Source of the DNA: Epithemia pelagica
Taxonomy: Eukaryota > Protista > Bacillariophyta
Assembly: GCA_946965045.2 (NCBI GenBank)
Contig: OX337232.1
Coordinates: forward strand, 186,001 to 250,000
Direction of reading: 5' to 3'
DNA: 64,000 nucleotides
In this document: piece after piece, positions 10,901-22,030 of the stretch
Numbering within the stretch: position 1 is the first letter of the stretch
Layout of the letters: each line of letters begins with the position of its first letter
Translations under genes and position numbers: made by a program
Notes under the pieces: model-generated
The model's input: only the letters and a program-made list of their open reading frames with translations
Told to the model about the DNA's origin: nothing
Database searches by the model: none

Positions 10901-11921
10901 GAAGGTTCAGAAGAAAACAAAGACCAAGGATAAGGTCGATGCCTATACCATCACCCTGGCCTATGTCCGATCTATTGCCGACCACGCCGCCCAAAACATT
11001 CCCCAGTACGCCTATTATGAGTTTTCGGTCGTATCGTCCCCCAACAAAACTGACAAAGACGACCAACCACCCAAGAAGAAGAAGAAGAAGAAGGAAAAAT
11101 CTGTCAGTTTGGGAGGAGCACCCCGCATCCAACGCTTTTCAGCCAATGGCTTGATGGAATTGGCCCTCTGCGTCGCGCCCGTACCCGTACCACCCAAGAA
11201 AAAGAAAAAGAAGAATGACCACTGCGTACAACGGCTCCGGCGTTTGCCGGAAATGGAGACTCGTTCATCACTGGGGAGCAGTACCTTATCCTCCTCTCCC
11301 AAATCCACAGCAAACTGGTTTGGGTGGAATACTGCGAAACCGACCAACGCCAAGCAAACAAAGAAGGATCGCCCTCATCCTCACCACCACGACTCCACCA
11401 CGGGCTGGCTGTCTACGGTACAGTATCGACCCATGCAAGCATCGGTCCTCTTGGCGCGGACACCTACGGCCGCTGGAATGAAACATGTCTTGCCACCCCC
11501 AAACAACAACAAGACAGCAAAAACTACTACCAACTCGGAGATTTGGTGGTCCACCTATGGAGACGTGCATTCTCCCGCTCAAGCCGCGGCCTGGCAGCAC
11601 GTGACCGAGACCTTTGGAGTCGATCCGGAACGGGTGCGAGCCTTGCGACGACGGATGCAAGGCAATCTCCGGGCCATTGTCTTGGACAATTTGTATCGTC
11701 AATGTGCTCCCGGTCATTCCTGCAAACGATCCACGCAAAAAGCACTCCAACTGTTGCTGGAGCAACACGCACTACAAGAGGAACGACTGGAACCGAAACT
11801 CCATGACAAGATGGTAGACGCATCGGCAAACCAGAAAGATTTGTCCAACCAAGACGATTCTGCGGTTGCTGAGCCGCAAGGCATTCTTCGTGTCTTGTCG
11901 TCCCTCTTCTTGTTTGGGTAA
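7938..11921 (+). CDS. Type II membrane, putative rhamnosyltransferase-like (GT-A type) protein with a large Lys-rich insertion, 1327 aa
   Basis: TM segment WLLGVGIMVIVMVLGG; RARLDLLQTFTIPSLMQQ..WMIW; LEADDALSFDFVETVQ; C-terminal LARTPTAAGM..DNLYRQCAPGHSCK. Recognised from memory of this family in diatoms. Confidence 0.7.
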   Translation: MESRQRPQEPQHDSLLWDTTTTSRRRTTSPARRTSHRIHTTAPIAAVGTACNAVPFWRIHTKEEKEEKETVLWIPNYKKTDQEESNQSPNDDDYDKTKKDQEEYRHKGIPNGSWLLGVGIMVIVMVLGGFQPQGLVAKKEQTDQQGSLATLNQYVPFGSRRQAELPAPLQAMYRQDQKTTTTRRSSNSSSSTNRSKMKDDENETTTTAGGAWFRSDYNLVHVLHTELWSHSPSSKTTRRQRQDQDLPAFASSHALDRARLDLLQTFTIPSLMQQDNQQYLWMIWIVGDKNPAANPELWHELFQSLQRVPQAIVVQVSTSSFNRHGRLPYKTETIRTAYGGGGNSQPQHHHPFSQRPTWTLWRPSTLTNLESLVLVTPKQKDDWAWNPLEPPTTGEMWGDNESSSLVHQANHVEAWSLFLDYVQASQTRVALDTWLEADDALSFDFVETVQAEVAYTYQDSHKDSDAAKQEQDKNGDKDKEENDPVPSSSSSGMQVYCPEFHAEWRYFGASSPPPSHGRRRNQPNVGEAATDSPETNDRNNNKKGRSDYNDNNELGQLVHVHNRRFCIASGLTVAHPLPSPSSPSSLEDDGPDEEQTRGSSKRQRRRLQQRRPRHLSPCNEAQHHDDCQDRDRSSSTIGHVLTMYRGKGKGGKGKGGKGEGGSKKYCDDKNETEKSSKQSKSKSKASTKPNEAKSQKGEDHKSSSLSSLEATKKKKLSLLRASPALFQPQEVQSQSQEDELLSSSTDMFETSSSSASFLWNLFDVSDSKKKKNKKNKKNKKPKQPKDRQLLLAGYHNVTRSIKHKTTNKSSSSKMSKQEPSSCKNKKKEKLSWIPTGTATLMTNRSGPLYYNAANYSATCPRGSYYCRGASSSFHDEDDDPDTWFADKELINHQDLMHATNSSNSSNPGPCAVSVVCRPTRVDTDDCQSEEDDHVVWFNLHLVHPSGTQVYDFDVEYVGTQAFADFVAYMKRQMNGDSCPLRDDDDDDMKVQKKTKTKDKVDAYTITLAYVRSIADHAAQNIPQYAYYEFSVVSSPNKTDKDDQPPKKKKKKKEKSVSLGGAPRIQRFSANGLMELALCVAPVPVPPKKKKKKNDHCVQRLRRLPEMETRSSLGSSTLSSSPKSTANWFGWNTAKPTNAKQTKKDRPHPHHHDSTTGWLSTVQYRPMQASVLLARTPTAAGMKHVLPPPNNNKTAKTTTNSEIWWSTYGDVHSPAQAAAWQHVTETFGVDPERVRALRRRMQGNLRAIVLDNLYRQCAPGHSCKRSTQKALQLLLEQHALQEERLEPKLHDKMVDASANQKDLSNQDDSAVAEPQGILRVLSSLFLFG

Positions 11922-12193
11922 AATACTCATGGTCGCATCCTGTGGTGATAGTAGCAATGAGTAGCTGAAACAATGAAACAACACTGTCTGTCTTGGACTA
12001 CCTACCTAGCTAGAGGTTTGGCTTATCATTGGAGGCCCTGATGGGTAGGCACACTCTATTTTGAAAAAAAACATTGAATCTATTATAACGCTGCCGCACG
12101 TGCCCACTCAGGGGAAACGCCGACCGACGCGCCCGGCATGTGTGGCGATTACACACGCGAGGACTAACAAAGGTAAAAGCTACTGACACTAGG

Positions 12194-12768
12194 TCAATAG
12201 CGGGGAGAGCGCACAGACTTGAGGATGACAGGTTGCCAAGTATCAATCCACGAGCGTAAGCTGGCCGAAGTCGTATGAGTAGTAAAGTGTTCCTCGGGAG
12301 TTGAGTAAAAGAGAATGCGATCACGTGGATCAACAGAATGACGCAATCTGTACAAGCACTGAATTTCGCGTTGAGCTTGGGCCAAAGCGGCGGATTCCCG
12401 GGTAGAGTTGTCGTGTCCATGTAAATCTTGGTTCCGAGATAACCAGAGACGGTAGACGTGTTCCCAGATGATCTTGATGCAAGTTGTAACGAACATAGAG
12501 CCATGAAAATGCCCTTTCTCCGTGGGAGGACATTGTAGAAGATGAGCGTCTTGCAGTGCTATCCAATCTGTCACGAATCGTCCGTAGAAGAGGTGTTGTA
12601 TGCCCACAGTAGACTGGCGGGCGAGGAGGACAGAGTAGCCAGGAGAGAGGGAAGAAATCTGAGGAGGAGTACCGGCAATCCACGATAAGAGAAGTTGTCG
12701 TAGTAGATTCTGGAGAACAGGATCAACGAAGTGAGTGTGGGCAAGAAGCTAGCGCATTTCGGTCGCAC
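12194..12768 (-). pseudogene. Truncated non-LTR retrotransposon (LINE) ORF2 3' fragment, frameshifted
   Basis: LFYGRF..DW and IKIIWEHVYRLWLSRNQDLHG match the C-terminal W-x-x-RN-x-x-x-HG motif of LINE ORF2. No RT core is present. Confidence 0.65.
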
Positions 12769-13397
12769 AAAAATGAGTCCCTCCTACATCATGTTCTACA
12801 GTCACGAATTAGATTCGAATCGTGACTTGTTGCCCGAGAAAGCGATTAGCGATTAGCGCTGATTCGTCTATTTGATCTGTGACTCATGCTCCGATTTCCT
12901 CAAATGGTTTGTCGTAAGTCGTACTCTCCTTCAAGATTCAAGACTCTCGCTTCGCATTATTTCACTTAACGAGAAGAGCGAGGAGAGAAAGTCGAGACGA
13001 CTGTAGAGTCTAGAGGACTGTTGACTGTTGTCAATTATAAGTCGTGTAGTTATTGCGTCCCTAGTCCCAGGTTGGTTGTTGGTTGGCAGTTGACGACTCA
13101 TACAACGATTAAAAATGTGTAAGTAGTGTACTATTCGTAGTGTGTACTCGGAGGCACGGAGACCAGAGAACCAGGAAATTCCAACATTCGCATTCCTCAA
13201 TTTCTGCTTTTCTCATTGTCAAAGTCAAAACCGCCACGTCCCGCTTCTGTGTTCCAAGCAAACAGGTTGCGCCTGGTGTCTGCTCCTAGCACGACGAAGC
13301 AAAATCACCCCATAAAAATCAAGTCCAGTTATTCGAAACCAGCGAAAGAAAGGGACCATGACAACAAAGCGAAAAACGGAGTCATTATGCGCCCCAG

Positions 13398-14855
13398 ATG
13401 TCCACCATGAGGAGACAAGCCGTTCCCGAACACAAACATCCCATACATGGTAACAGGGAACTCTCCAAGGAGGAGACTCGAGACTCAGTTATTCAAGACG
13501 GTGTTTGCATTTTAATTTCCGAGGAGGGTGATTACCTCAAGCCGAAGCGTGCGCTCACCGCATACAACTTCTTTTTCCAAGAGCAACGACGTCTCATGCT
13601 ACAAGAAGAAACCAGCGGCAAGAAAAACGGTGTGACCCTGGTTGACAAACACGGCAACTGCCAACCTGACTCACCCACCTGTTCCCCGAAGAAAATTGGC
13701 TTTTGGGCCATGGCCAAAGAAGTATCCGCACGATGGAAAGCCATTGAGGGGGTCGAGAAAGAGTACTACTCCAAGCTTGCCGAAAAAGACATGGTCCGAT
13801 ACACTCGCGAGATTTCAGTCTGGCGAATGCTGGACAAGGAACTCAAGAAGAAGAAGAATCGCAAGAAGCGAAAACCTTCTCGTGGTAGTAGTGACAAGGA
13901 GTCCGGCTTTAACAAGAAGACAGCCAAGAAACAGCAAGGAAGTAAGAAAGACGAGAGCGAAGACACCCTGCAGCCATTTCTGTCATTGAGCAATGGCGAC
14001 GAGACCCACCAGTTGGAGCACCAACATCAGTCCTCAAGTACAAATCTGCATCCACTCTCACCATCCAGTTCTAATGGACATCATCGCCGTCCCTCCCAAG
14101 CCTCCATGACCGACACATCTGCTACCAGTTCATCATCATCGTCTTCGTCTTGGGACCAAACTTTGCCTTCTGGTTGGAGTCCTTCTACAATTCCGTCATG
14201 TAGTGGCCATGTGTCCTCTGGTATAACAAGTACTGCCATGACAACCATGCTGGAAAACAGTTCAATGACACTGGAATGCAGTATGGTGTCACCCTTCATG
14301 ATGAATACCAGTCGTAGTGGTGTTCCCCTTTGCTCCGTTTTGAATGCGACGCATGCGGCTGCAGTCTCTTTGGCGGCAATTGTTCTGGATGAAGCCCTGC
14401 AGATTCCTCATGAACCCACAGAGTCGTTGTTGCATCGAAACCACGACGGTGGTTTCATATCAGCACCATATCTTGAAGACACCCCTGTCGTTGAGCTCCC
14501 TGATCTGTCTCTGCACCTGGATTCGTTGAACGAACACCAGCAGTGCCCTGACAGTCTTGTCGACCACCAAGAAGAAGAAGCCCTGGAACCCGAAGAAATT
14601 GTTTCCAGCCAGGATATGGACTTGGTAGATTTCTCATGCTTTCGGAACGATCCGAATAGCAGCAGCGAACTGTGTGAGCAAATGGCAGTCCTATTTCAGC
14701 AGGATGCGGACAAGAATCCTGGGCAACTACTACATCAGAGGGAACAACCCGGTGACCATCCCCCAGTTCTTGGTATTTCGGACGATCCAGGTGTCGCAAC
14801 CATGTTCTTGGATTTGTTTACGTCGTCTCCTGGAGGAGAGACCAAGGATTCATGA
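13398..14855 (+). CDS. HMG-box transcription factor, paralog 1 (intact, 485 aa)
   Basis: KPKRALTAYNFFFQEQR..KIGFWAMAKEVSARWK..KDMVRYTREISVW, followed by a basic tail and a long Ser-rich/acidic C-terminus. Confidence 0.9.
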   Translation: MSTMRRQAVPEHKHPIHGNRELSKEETRDSVIQDGVCILISEEGDYLKPKRALTAYNFFFQEQRRLMLQEETSGKKNGVTLVDKHGNCQPDSPTCSPKKIGFWAMAKEVSARWKAIEGVEKEYYSKLAEKDMVRYTREISVWRMLDKELKKKKNRKKRKPSRGSSDKESGFNKKTAKKQQGSKKDESEDTLQPFLSLSNGDETHQLEHQHQSSSTNLHPLSPSSSNGHHRRPSQASMTDTSATSSSSSSSSWDQTLPSGWSPSTIPSCSGHVSSGITSTAMTTMLENSSMTLECSMVSPFMMNTSRSGVPLCSVLNATHAAAVSLAAIVLDEALQIPHEPTESLLHRNHDGGFISAPYLEDTPVVELPDLSLHLDSLNEHQQCPDSLVDHQEEEALEPEEIVSSQDMDLVDFSCFRNDPNSSSELCEQMAVLFQQDADKNPGQLLHQREQPGDHPPVLGISDDPGVATMFLDLFTSSPGGETKDS

Positions 14856-15912
14856 CCTCCCAAAGAAGAAAAAATACCTTGAGGTCAAAAGTGCCCTGTG
14901 TGTTCGTATGTATATGCATGTTCCATTCTGTTAAAGCCCGACATTCCTATCTTTCTTCATACAGTAGAGCCTCTTGTTTGCATAGAAACCGATTTCTTTG
15001 TCAATCCATGGTAGTCTCTCTCCAGTTTGGATTGGAGGGAATTTTTTAGATGGTGGTGGTGCCTACTTGAGGACAGCGTGCAATTCATTCGCATCTCAAG
15101 ATTGGATCATTTACTCCTCGCATCTGTCGCAGACCGATCGACACGGAACATCGTGCTTTTCTTCCCCTCTGGTTTTGGTTCCGGTTGAGGGTTGGTCTTA
15201 TTGTTCATATGTATGCATTTTCGATTCTGTCGATGGTCTTGTTCAGACAGCAGAACCTTTCGTCTGCATAGAATCCATTGTGAACCTCTTTCTTTTTCAA
15301 TGAGAAGTATGCCATAGTAGTCTCCTCTAGTTAAGAGCAGGGGGAGCATAGTTGAGGTTGCTTGCAATCGGGACGCCTCCTGTAGCAGAAGCATCGAACG
15401 GTCCTCTCTCTGCCAAAACGAAAGCAGATTCCAAATTCCAACCCACGTGCGTTGTCGGATCGCCTTCAAGAACCAATCACTAAGTCTATTGGACGACAAC
15501 GTGTTGTGGTTCGGGCCATGTGTTGACGTGGTGGCTACTGCAACACACGGCATTCAACTGATTGACACCATGACGCTTTCGTATGCTGCTTGTGTTGTCA
15601 AAAAGAGGACCAAAGTAACACCATTGCTATCGTCGGGTTAGCAACTCCACATAGTGAGAATCTTTCAGATGTTCCATTAAGTTACGTCACTGATATCAGC
15701 GTCCTATGAGCGACCCGTATTTCTTCGGAAACTTTCGACTGTGGTCGTTCATGGGTCGCTGACAAAGACCTGGATCTTTTCCATCTCCATTTTGACAGTC
15801 GTTTCCTCTCCGTCACGTCCAACTGGAGATTGGAGTATATATCTTGACGTATTTCCTGCTCCTTTGTCTTCTCCTGCTCCATGTCCCCCTGGCCAGGGCC
15901 TCAAATCCGAAA

Positions 15913-17337
15913 ATGACCGACACCAACGATTCCAACGCGTGGAATCGGCAAGAAGCGCAACGGCGATTGCAAGAATTGGCGAATGCGGTGGCATCGCTGG
16001 ACGAGGCTCCTCAACCCTGGATGCCTCATCCACAGCAACCAACCAAAGATCATCAACAGTCCAACGAGTCCTCAAGCAGTGCTCGCTCTAGTTGGTTTCT
16101 TAACTACACGGGCTTTTTGCACAAGCCTGGTTTTTGTTCCCAAACCGAATGCGACGAAATGAAGTCCTACATGCATCGATTGGTGAAAACCCAATGGCAT
16201 CCTCCCCTATCCTCCTCCTCATCCAAGAACAGCAACAACAACAGTAGCAGTAATGCAGACTCTTCCATTGAATCATTTGGAACCTCTTCTAAACAAAACA
16301 AGCGGCACGGAGATTATTTTTTGGATAGTTCCAACCGGATTCATTTCTTTGCCGAACCATCCGCCTTGTTGGTTCCAGATCAGCAGGATGCAAATGGCGG
16401 TGGAGCAACGACACTTTTGCCAGAGTTTACCAATAACAACAAGATCACAGCTCTCAACAAGGTCGGACATGCCCTGCATTTGCCAAGCCACATGAGAGGA
16501 GGAGAACAGTTCGATGGTGAGCCACTGGAGCAAGTCAACGGCTCTCCAACCAACGACGACGACGACAAACAAAATCCCTTTTATCGGTATTGTACTTCGG
16601 GCAAGCTTCGATCCTTACTCGGCCAGGAGCTTGGTTCTTCGTGTTGGCGTGATCCGGTCGTACCACAAAGCATGTACATTTTCAAACAGGCCATTCGCGG
16701 TGGAGCCGTACAAGCCCATCAGGATTCCACTTTTTTGTTTACCACACCTTACCAATCCTGTGGTGGCTTGTGGCTCGCTCTGGATGATGCTACAATTGAC
16801 AATGGTTGCTTATGGGTCCGTCCCATGTCCCACCGAGAACCCTTGAGACGCCAATATGTCCGAAATCCCGACTATTTCGAACACGAATACAACAATGCTA
16901 CTGCGAGCAATGAACAACACAGTCCTCCACCAAAATTAATCATGAAAGACTTGCAGCAGCAGCAACAACAACACGACAATGAGTCAACCATGTCGCCAAT
17001 GGACTTGGAGACAGTGACGCCTCACGATTTATTGAGACTGGGATGGTTGCCCTTGGAATGTCAAGCGGGCGACTTGCTCATTTTTTATGGCACCTTGGAT
17101 CACTTATCCTTGCCCAATACAAGTCCAACGGCACCTCGACGTACCTTTCAATTACACATTGTGGAAGGGTGTGGAGTCACATGGTCACCTTCCAATTGGC
17201 TTCAATATCCCACGAAATCAATCACCAACATTACGAATCCTTCCGTAACTGCACCTCAGGAGAACGACGATGCCAACGAGAATGAAAGTGACACCCAGCC
17301 GTCCCCATTTCTCCGCCTGCTTGCCGAATCACCATAG
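15913..17337 (+). CDS. PHYHD1: Phytanoyl-CoA dioxygenase family (PHYHD1-like) 2OG-Fe(II) oxygenase, copy 1
   Basis: SMYIFKQ..GGAVQAHQDSTFL, LWLALDDATIDNGCLWV and GDLLIFYGTLDHLSLPN give the HxD...H triad. First ATG is at 15913. Confidence 0.88.
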   Translation: MTDTNDSNAWNRQEAQRRLQELANAVASLDEAPQPWMPHPQQPTKDHQQSNESSSSARSSWFLNYTGFLHKPGFCSQTECDEMKSYMHRLVKTQWHPPLSSSSSKNSNNNSSSNADSSIESFGTSSKQNKRHGDYFLDSSNRIHFFAEPSALLVPDQQDANGGGATTLLPEFTNNNKITALNKVGHALHLPSHMRGGEQFDGEPLEQVNGSPTNDDDDKQNPFYRYCTSGKLRSLLGQELGSSCWRDPVVPQSMYIFKQAIRGGAVQAHQDSTFLFTTPYQSCGGLWLALDDATIDNGCLWVRPMSHREPLRRQYVRNPDYFEHEYNNATASNEQHSPPPKLIMKDLQQQQQQHDNESTMSPMDLETVTPHDLLRLGWLPLECQAGDLLIFYGTLDHLSLPNTSPTAPRRTFQLHIVEGCGVTWSPSNWLQYPTKSITNITNPSVTAPQENDDANENESDTQPSPFLRLLAESP

Positions 17338-18575
17338 CAAACACAACAAGACAAAAGCCGTCATGTTGCAGTCATCATGTTCTACCAGACGTAGCAACAG
17401 TGTACAATAGTAACGATACCACAACTAGCGTTGTCGTGCTTGCTATGCCATCAAGTCGAACGAAAGGCACGACTGATTGGACTGTCCCTGATCTGTCTAT
17501 GACCATTGACCAGATTGCACCCATCACTACTAGCCGAAAAATGAAACTACCTAGGCTCGGAACGCAGTTCGTATAGGTTTTTGTTTCACCATGTCGCTTC
17601 CATTTAATATCATTAGGGGGCCAATTGCCTTGGATAGCTTGGACAGCCAAACATGGGATACTCCTAGGTAGGATTATTCGTTTTGCAATGCTACTCTTGT
17701 CAATTCCTAGTCTCTAGTCTCACAAAAATCTCACATAGATCATTTTATTTATCATTTTCAGTGGTTAAAGAATCGAGAGTGTATATTAGTGTACTAATAC
17801 AATTGTTAATATTAAAGCTTTTCTGCTCAGTTGATGACTCAGACTCATGACTTGATACTTGATGTTTGATGTTTGTTTATGTTGGTCGCTGGTCCAGATA
17901 ATAATTAATAATCATCATAAGAAAATCAGATGTTTGTATCTTGGCTCTTGGCTGGGCCTTGGGCTTGGGGGATAAAAAAAAACAATAGAATAAAATAATA
18001 TGTCCAATAATTTTTTATTTCGATGTTGCAGATAGTTCTATGTCCTATATGCTTCTAAAGCCGGTCCCCTTTCCCCTTTCTATACTTTCCGTTGCTCGGT
18101 TCTCGTCAGCAGCTAACAGAGTTTGCTAGGTGCTAGGGTTGAATATATCGCAAAAACAAAAAATGCAAACAACACCCTAGTCTGCTTCTTTTGGTGTATT
18201 TTGTTTCGATCGATGTATGCACATTCTGCATCTTCTATGATCTATCAAAGATGCATGGTGTTTTCTCTGTTCTAAGACCAGCGTGTAACCAAGTGTCTGA
18301 TTCTGAATGTTTCCGTCTTCTTTTTTAATCATATGACATGCTCATTGCTCATATCGCATACTAGTCCGTCTCGAAAGCTCAAGTGTTCCCATTTGTGGTT
18401 TGCGGATGGCCGCTGGACGCGGGACAACAGAGAGCAAAGAAAGCTCTCCATCAATACTATACTTGGTCATTGATCATCTTCCACATTCGACATCGACATA
18501 CTGCTCCTACTTTTACTCTTATCTCAGAGTACCTAGACCATACTAACCCTACTAGGAGTACTTTGATAGCTACTA

Positions 18576-19007
18576 CCGTAATTTGCGCATTCCTGTCCCC
18601 CCGGAATGTACAAAAATTAAGAGGAGGGGGACAGGACTACGCAATTTTGGATAATTTTTCTTAAGATTCCATTCACACACTACAATTAATTTCCTAGTAA
18701 ATTAATTTTCAACCTCGGGGTTGTAGAGAAGGTTTGGTCGCACAATTCCATTCAGGGGAAAGACCATGCTTCAATTCGTAGCCTTAACCCTAATCATAAT
18801 ACCCATCATGCTTTATCTCTTGTTTCTCCTCTTTGATTCACTCCCATGTAATGTCAGGCAGTGTGATAGAAAGCTCGGAACGTGAGGAATGTGGGGGTAA
18901 CCCATAAGCCCAGAAAGAACCTACAGATAAAAAGTTAGGGGGCCATGTACGTTTAAGGGGAGTGGGGGGACAGGACTATAGGGGGGACAGGAATGCGCAA
19001 ATTACGG
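18576..19007. mobile_element. Tc1/mariner-type MITE, 432 bp
   Basis: About 25-bp TIRs CCGTAATTTGCGCATTCCTGTCCCC / GGGGACAGGAATGCGCAAATTACGG, each flanked by TA (18574-75 and 19008-09). Non-coding. Confidence 0.8.
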
Positions 19008-19353
19008 TAGGTAGCTAGCCTACGAAAAATGGATAGCGATTTACGAGTCCCGAGCAGGGGGTGAAGAACAAGAACGCACCTACTCCTACCTAGTTGCACC
19101 ATCCGATATTCATGTCGGCTTTCTGCACCCTTTGAGATAACATTCACTGTAACTGCCCCTGTATTACGCCAAAGTTTCCCTACGACCAGGGAGATATTTA
19201 AAACCGGAGTACAATGTTTTGTTGTATCATGAACTCCTAAGATATATAATTCTTTTGTGCATAGTAATGTACAAGGGGAGACAAGGAAAGAGGAATCTTC
19301 TCATGTTTAAAACATAAAAGTCTAGTCGAGTTTGGGCGAGAGACAGAGCGGCC

Positions 19354-21061
19354 ATGGCAACGAAACAAAATACAATACCAGAATCTCTTGTCCAGCAAAC
19401 TCTGTCAAGTTTCATCATGCCCCCAAGCTCTTCGTCAGCTGTCGCCACCGAGCAACTGGACGCAGCCGCTAGCGATAATGTTGCAAATCTGAATGACACG
19501 GAGTCATTTGCCACGCAGCATCGAGACAGGATCGTTCACAATGGCGTTTGTATTTTCATATCCGAAGACGGTGATTTCATCAAACCGAAACGGGCGCTCA
19601 CTGCATACAACTTCTTTTTTCAAGAACAACGCCGAATTATGCTGGAGGAAGCCAGCAGAAACGGAATTGAAAAAGAGACTGGACACGCGGCTGGTCCATC
19701 ATTAACTACCTCGAAGAAAATAGGCTTCTCGGCCATGGCCAAGGAAGTGTCCGCACGATGGAAAGTGACTGAGGAGGCCGACAAAGAGTACTTCTCCAAG
19801 CTTGCCGAGAAAGACCTGGCTCGACAAGGAAATGAAGAAAAAGAATCGCAAGAAGCGAAAACCTGACTGACGTGGAACGAAACAAGGACCCAAGAAGTCC
19901 CTCAAGAAAACCAAAGAGGTTATTTCCATGCCTGTGCCTTCAGCATCGTCCACGGGGGCAGAACAGAAGATCAACACCATGTTCGATCAAGGCAGTACTC
20001 ACCAGTCCTCAAGCACGCCCTCTGTGGTGACTCCCTCAAGGCCTCCTGGTAGTACTAGACCTCTTGACGATACCTCCCACAGTGACCTTGACAAAGCCGT
20101 GGAAGGAGGAGGGCAAGGACGGGGAGCATCGAACCAACCGCCAAGACTTGTTACCTCGATTTTCGTGCCGCAGGCTAATCATGCTGGTGGAGCAAGTGAA
20201 AGACTCAACACTACCAAAACTGCAGCTCCCATGGTATCTTTGTCATCGCCATCATCTTTGAATCAACTCTTGGGGGCATGGGGGAGTGATGCTTTCTCCC
20301 CCATGGCACGAATGAGCTTCAACGACATGTCATATCCAGGAACAGCGCGGAGTATGGACAGCAATCGCAATGTACCACCCTACGTTCCTCCTCTTTCTTC
20401 TATTTTGGCCTCGATGCAGAGGGTCATTTCTCTTACGGGTATTCTGGAAAAGGCCATGCAGGTTCTTCCTCATGATTCCGAGTCTCCTCATCATCAAGAG
20501 GAGTCTTGTTGTTCTTCGTTTCGTCAGCAGGCCGAAGGAGAACCACCACTCAAACAAGTCCTTGTCGAAAACACTCAGCACCAAGCGAGCTTTGTCCAAG
20601 AAGACAAGATGACAAACGACTTCCAAGAGACGGAGAAAGATGACGACGGAGACGAAATTATTTCGAGCAGAGATTTGGAACTTGTGGATCTGACTTGCTT
20701 CAGCAATAGCGACCAGGATGGCCAGAACGTGGACAAAATCATGCAAGATTTGTTTCAAAAGGATATTGAACACGAAGACGACAAGATTCCTGGAGTTGCA
20801 AGGTCCACTAACGTACCCTTGTGTTCCGATGATGTTCCCTCACCAGAAGAGTTCTTCAAGGGATATACAGACAACCAGAACCAAGCAACGGAGGATCACA
20901 TCCATCACCTTTTTCTTGAAACAAAGAAACTTTTCCCAGGGACTTCTTTTTCCTCGGACAAGCTGGACGATAAAGGAGCATCGGCCGTATTGCTGGACTT
21001 GTTTGCTTCATTCCAGCAAGCAAAGGCAGATCACCCAAACCACACCATGGATTCCAGATAA
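19354..21061 (+). pseudogene. HMG-box paralog 2, disrupted
   Basis: Relative to paralog 1, about 35 nt encoding the end of HMG helix 3 are missing near 19824, causing a frameshift. The restored frame has TGA at 19868-19870. The homologous C-terminus continues in ORF 19928-21061. Confidence 0.8.
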
Positions 21062-22030
21062 AGCATCCTTGGTACATTTCCTCTGACTGTCGTTCGCTTC
21101 ACACACTGGTTCCTTCATTCGCCGTTGATAGACATGAGGTATTTCTCCATTAGATATGAAACAGTTGGTGTCTTAATTGTCCTTGTATGTGTTTTGGGTA
21201 GACTTGAGCAGGCAAATTCTGGTATTTTACGAGTACGTGGACACTCTCGGTCGTTCCTCCGATTCGGTGGCCATTCTTAGACAAGGTACGTCATTCGAAA
21301 CGCCTCTTAATCGTCTTTTGTCCTCCGACTCAACTTCCAGCACATCATTTATAGTTATCAACCCAACTTCCAAACCTCTTTTTGTCCATTGCGAGGACAC
21401 TTTGGACATTTGACATTTCAGTGGTGCGTGTTAGCGTTTCGTCTATTCTGAGGTTCTTGAAATGTCTGGACATTCGACCATCATCCATTGGCGTACCCAT
21501 AATCCATAATTGTGCTCCATCATCCATAACAAAAATGTCAGTGTGAGGATGAGCTTCTGAGAAAGAGCGACCTAGCCGCTTCGATGACGACGGCCAGACA
21601 TGGGGTCGCTGATAGGTCGGGAAATGACCTCGCTACCCATCTTACAATGCTAGCAAGTCACCGAGAGGAGAGAACTTTCATGGAGTAGGAGTTGGAGTAA
21701 TGACCAAGACCAAGAGAATTCCTAACGATCGAAAGAGCCACCTAGAACACAACCTAAATGAGCAGCAGACAAGTTTCTGTGCGTCAATGAAACTTGGAAA
21801 CGTTCCCCCGAAGCAGTCCGCATTGTACTTGTTTATGGTAGGATCTGTCAAGTCGAAGATTATGGATTTAAAAAAAAATTGCTTTAGTCGAATATATGTG
21901 GATTGGATTGCTCCATGCGTAATGCGTTGTGTGGTATGGGTGGGTCTTTTGCGGTTGCAAGTGTGATGGTTCGTATAAGGATTGTACCATTATACAATGG
22001 ATCGGTGTGTGTCCAATCATGGCGTTTGCT

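Noticed and set aside
15844-15912. Signal peptide on PhyH copy 1
   Set aside because: It depends on a TTG start from the ORF caller. The paralog aligns only from the ATG at 15913.
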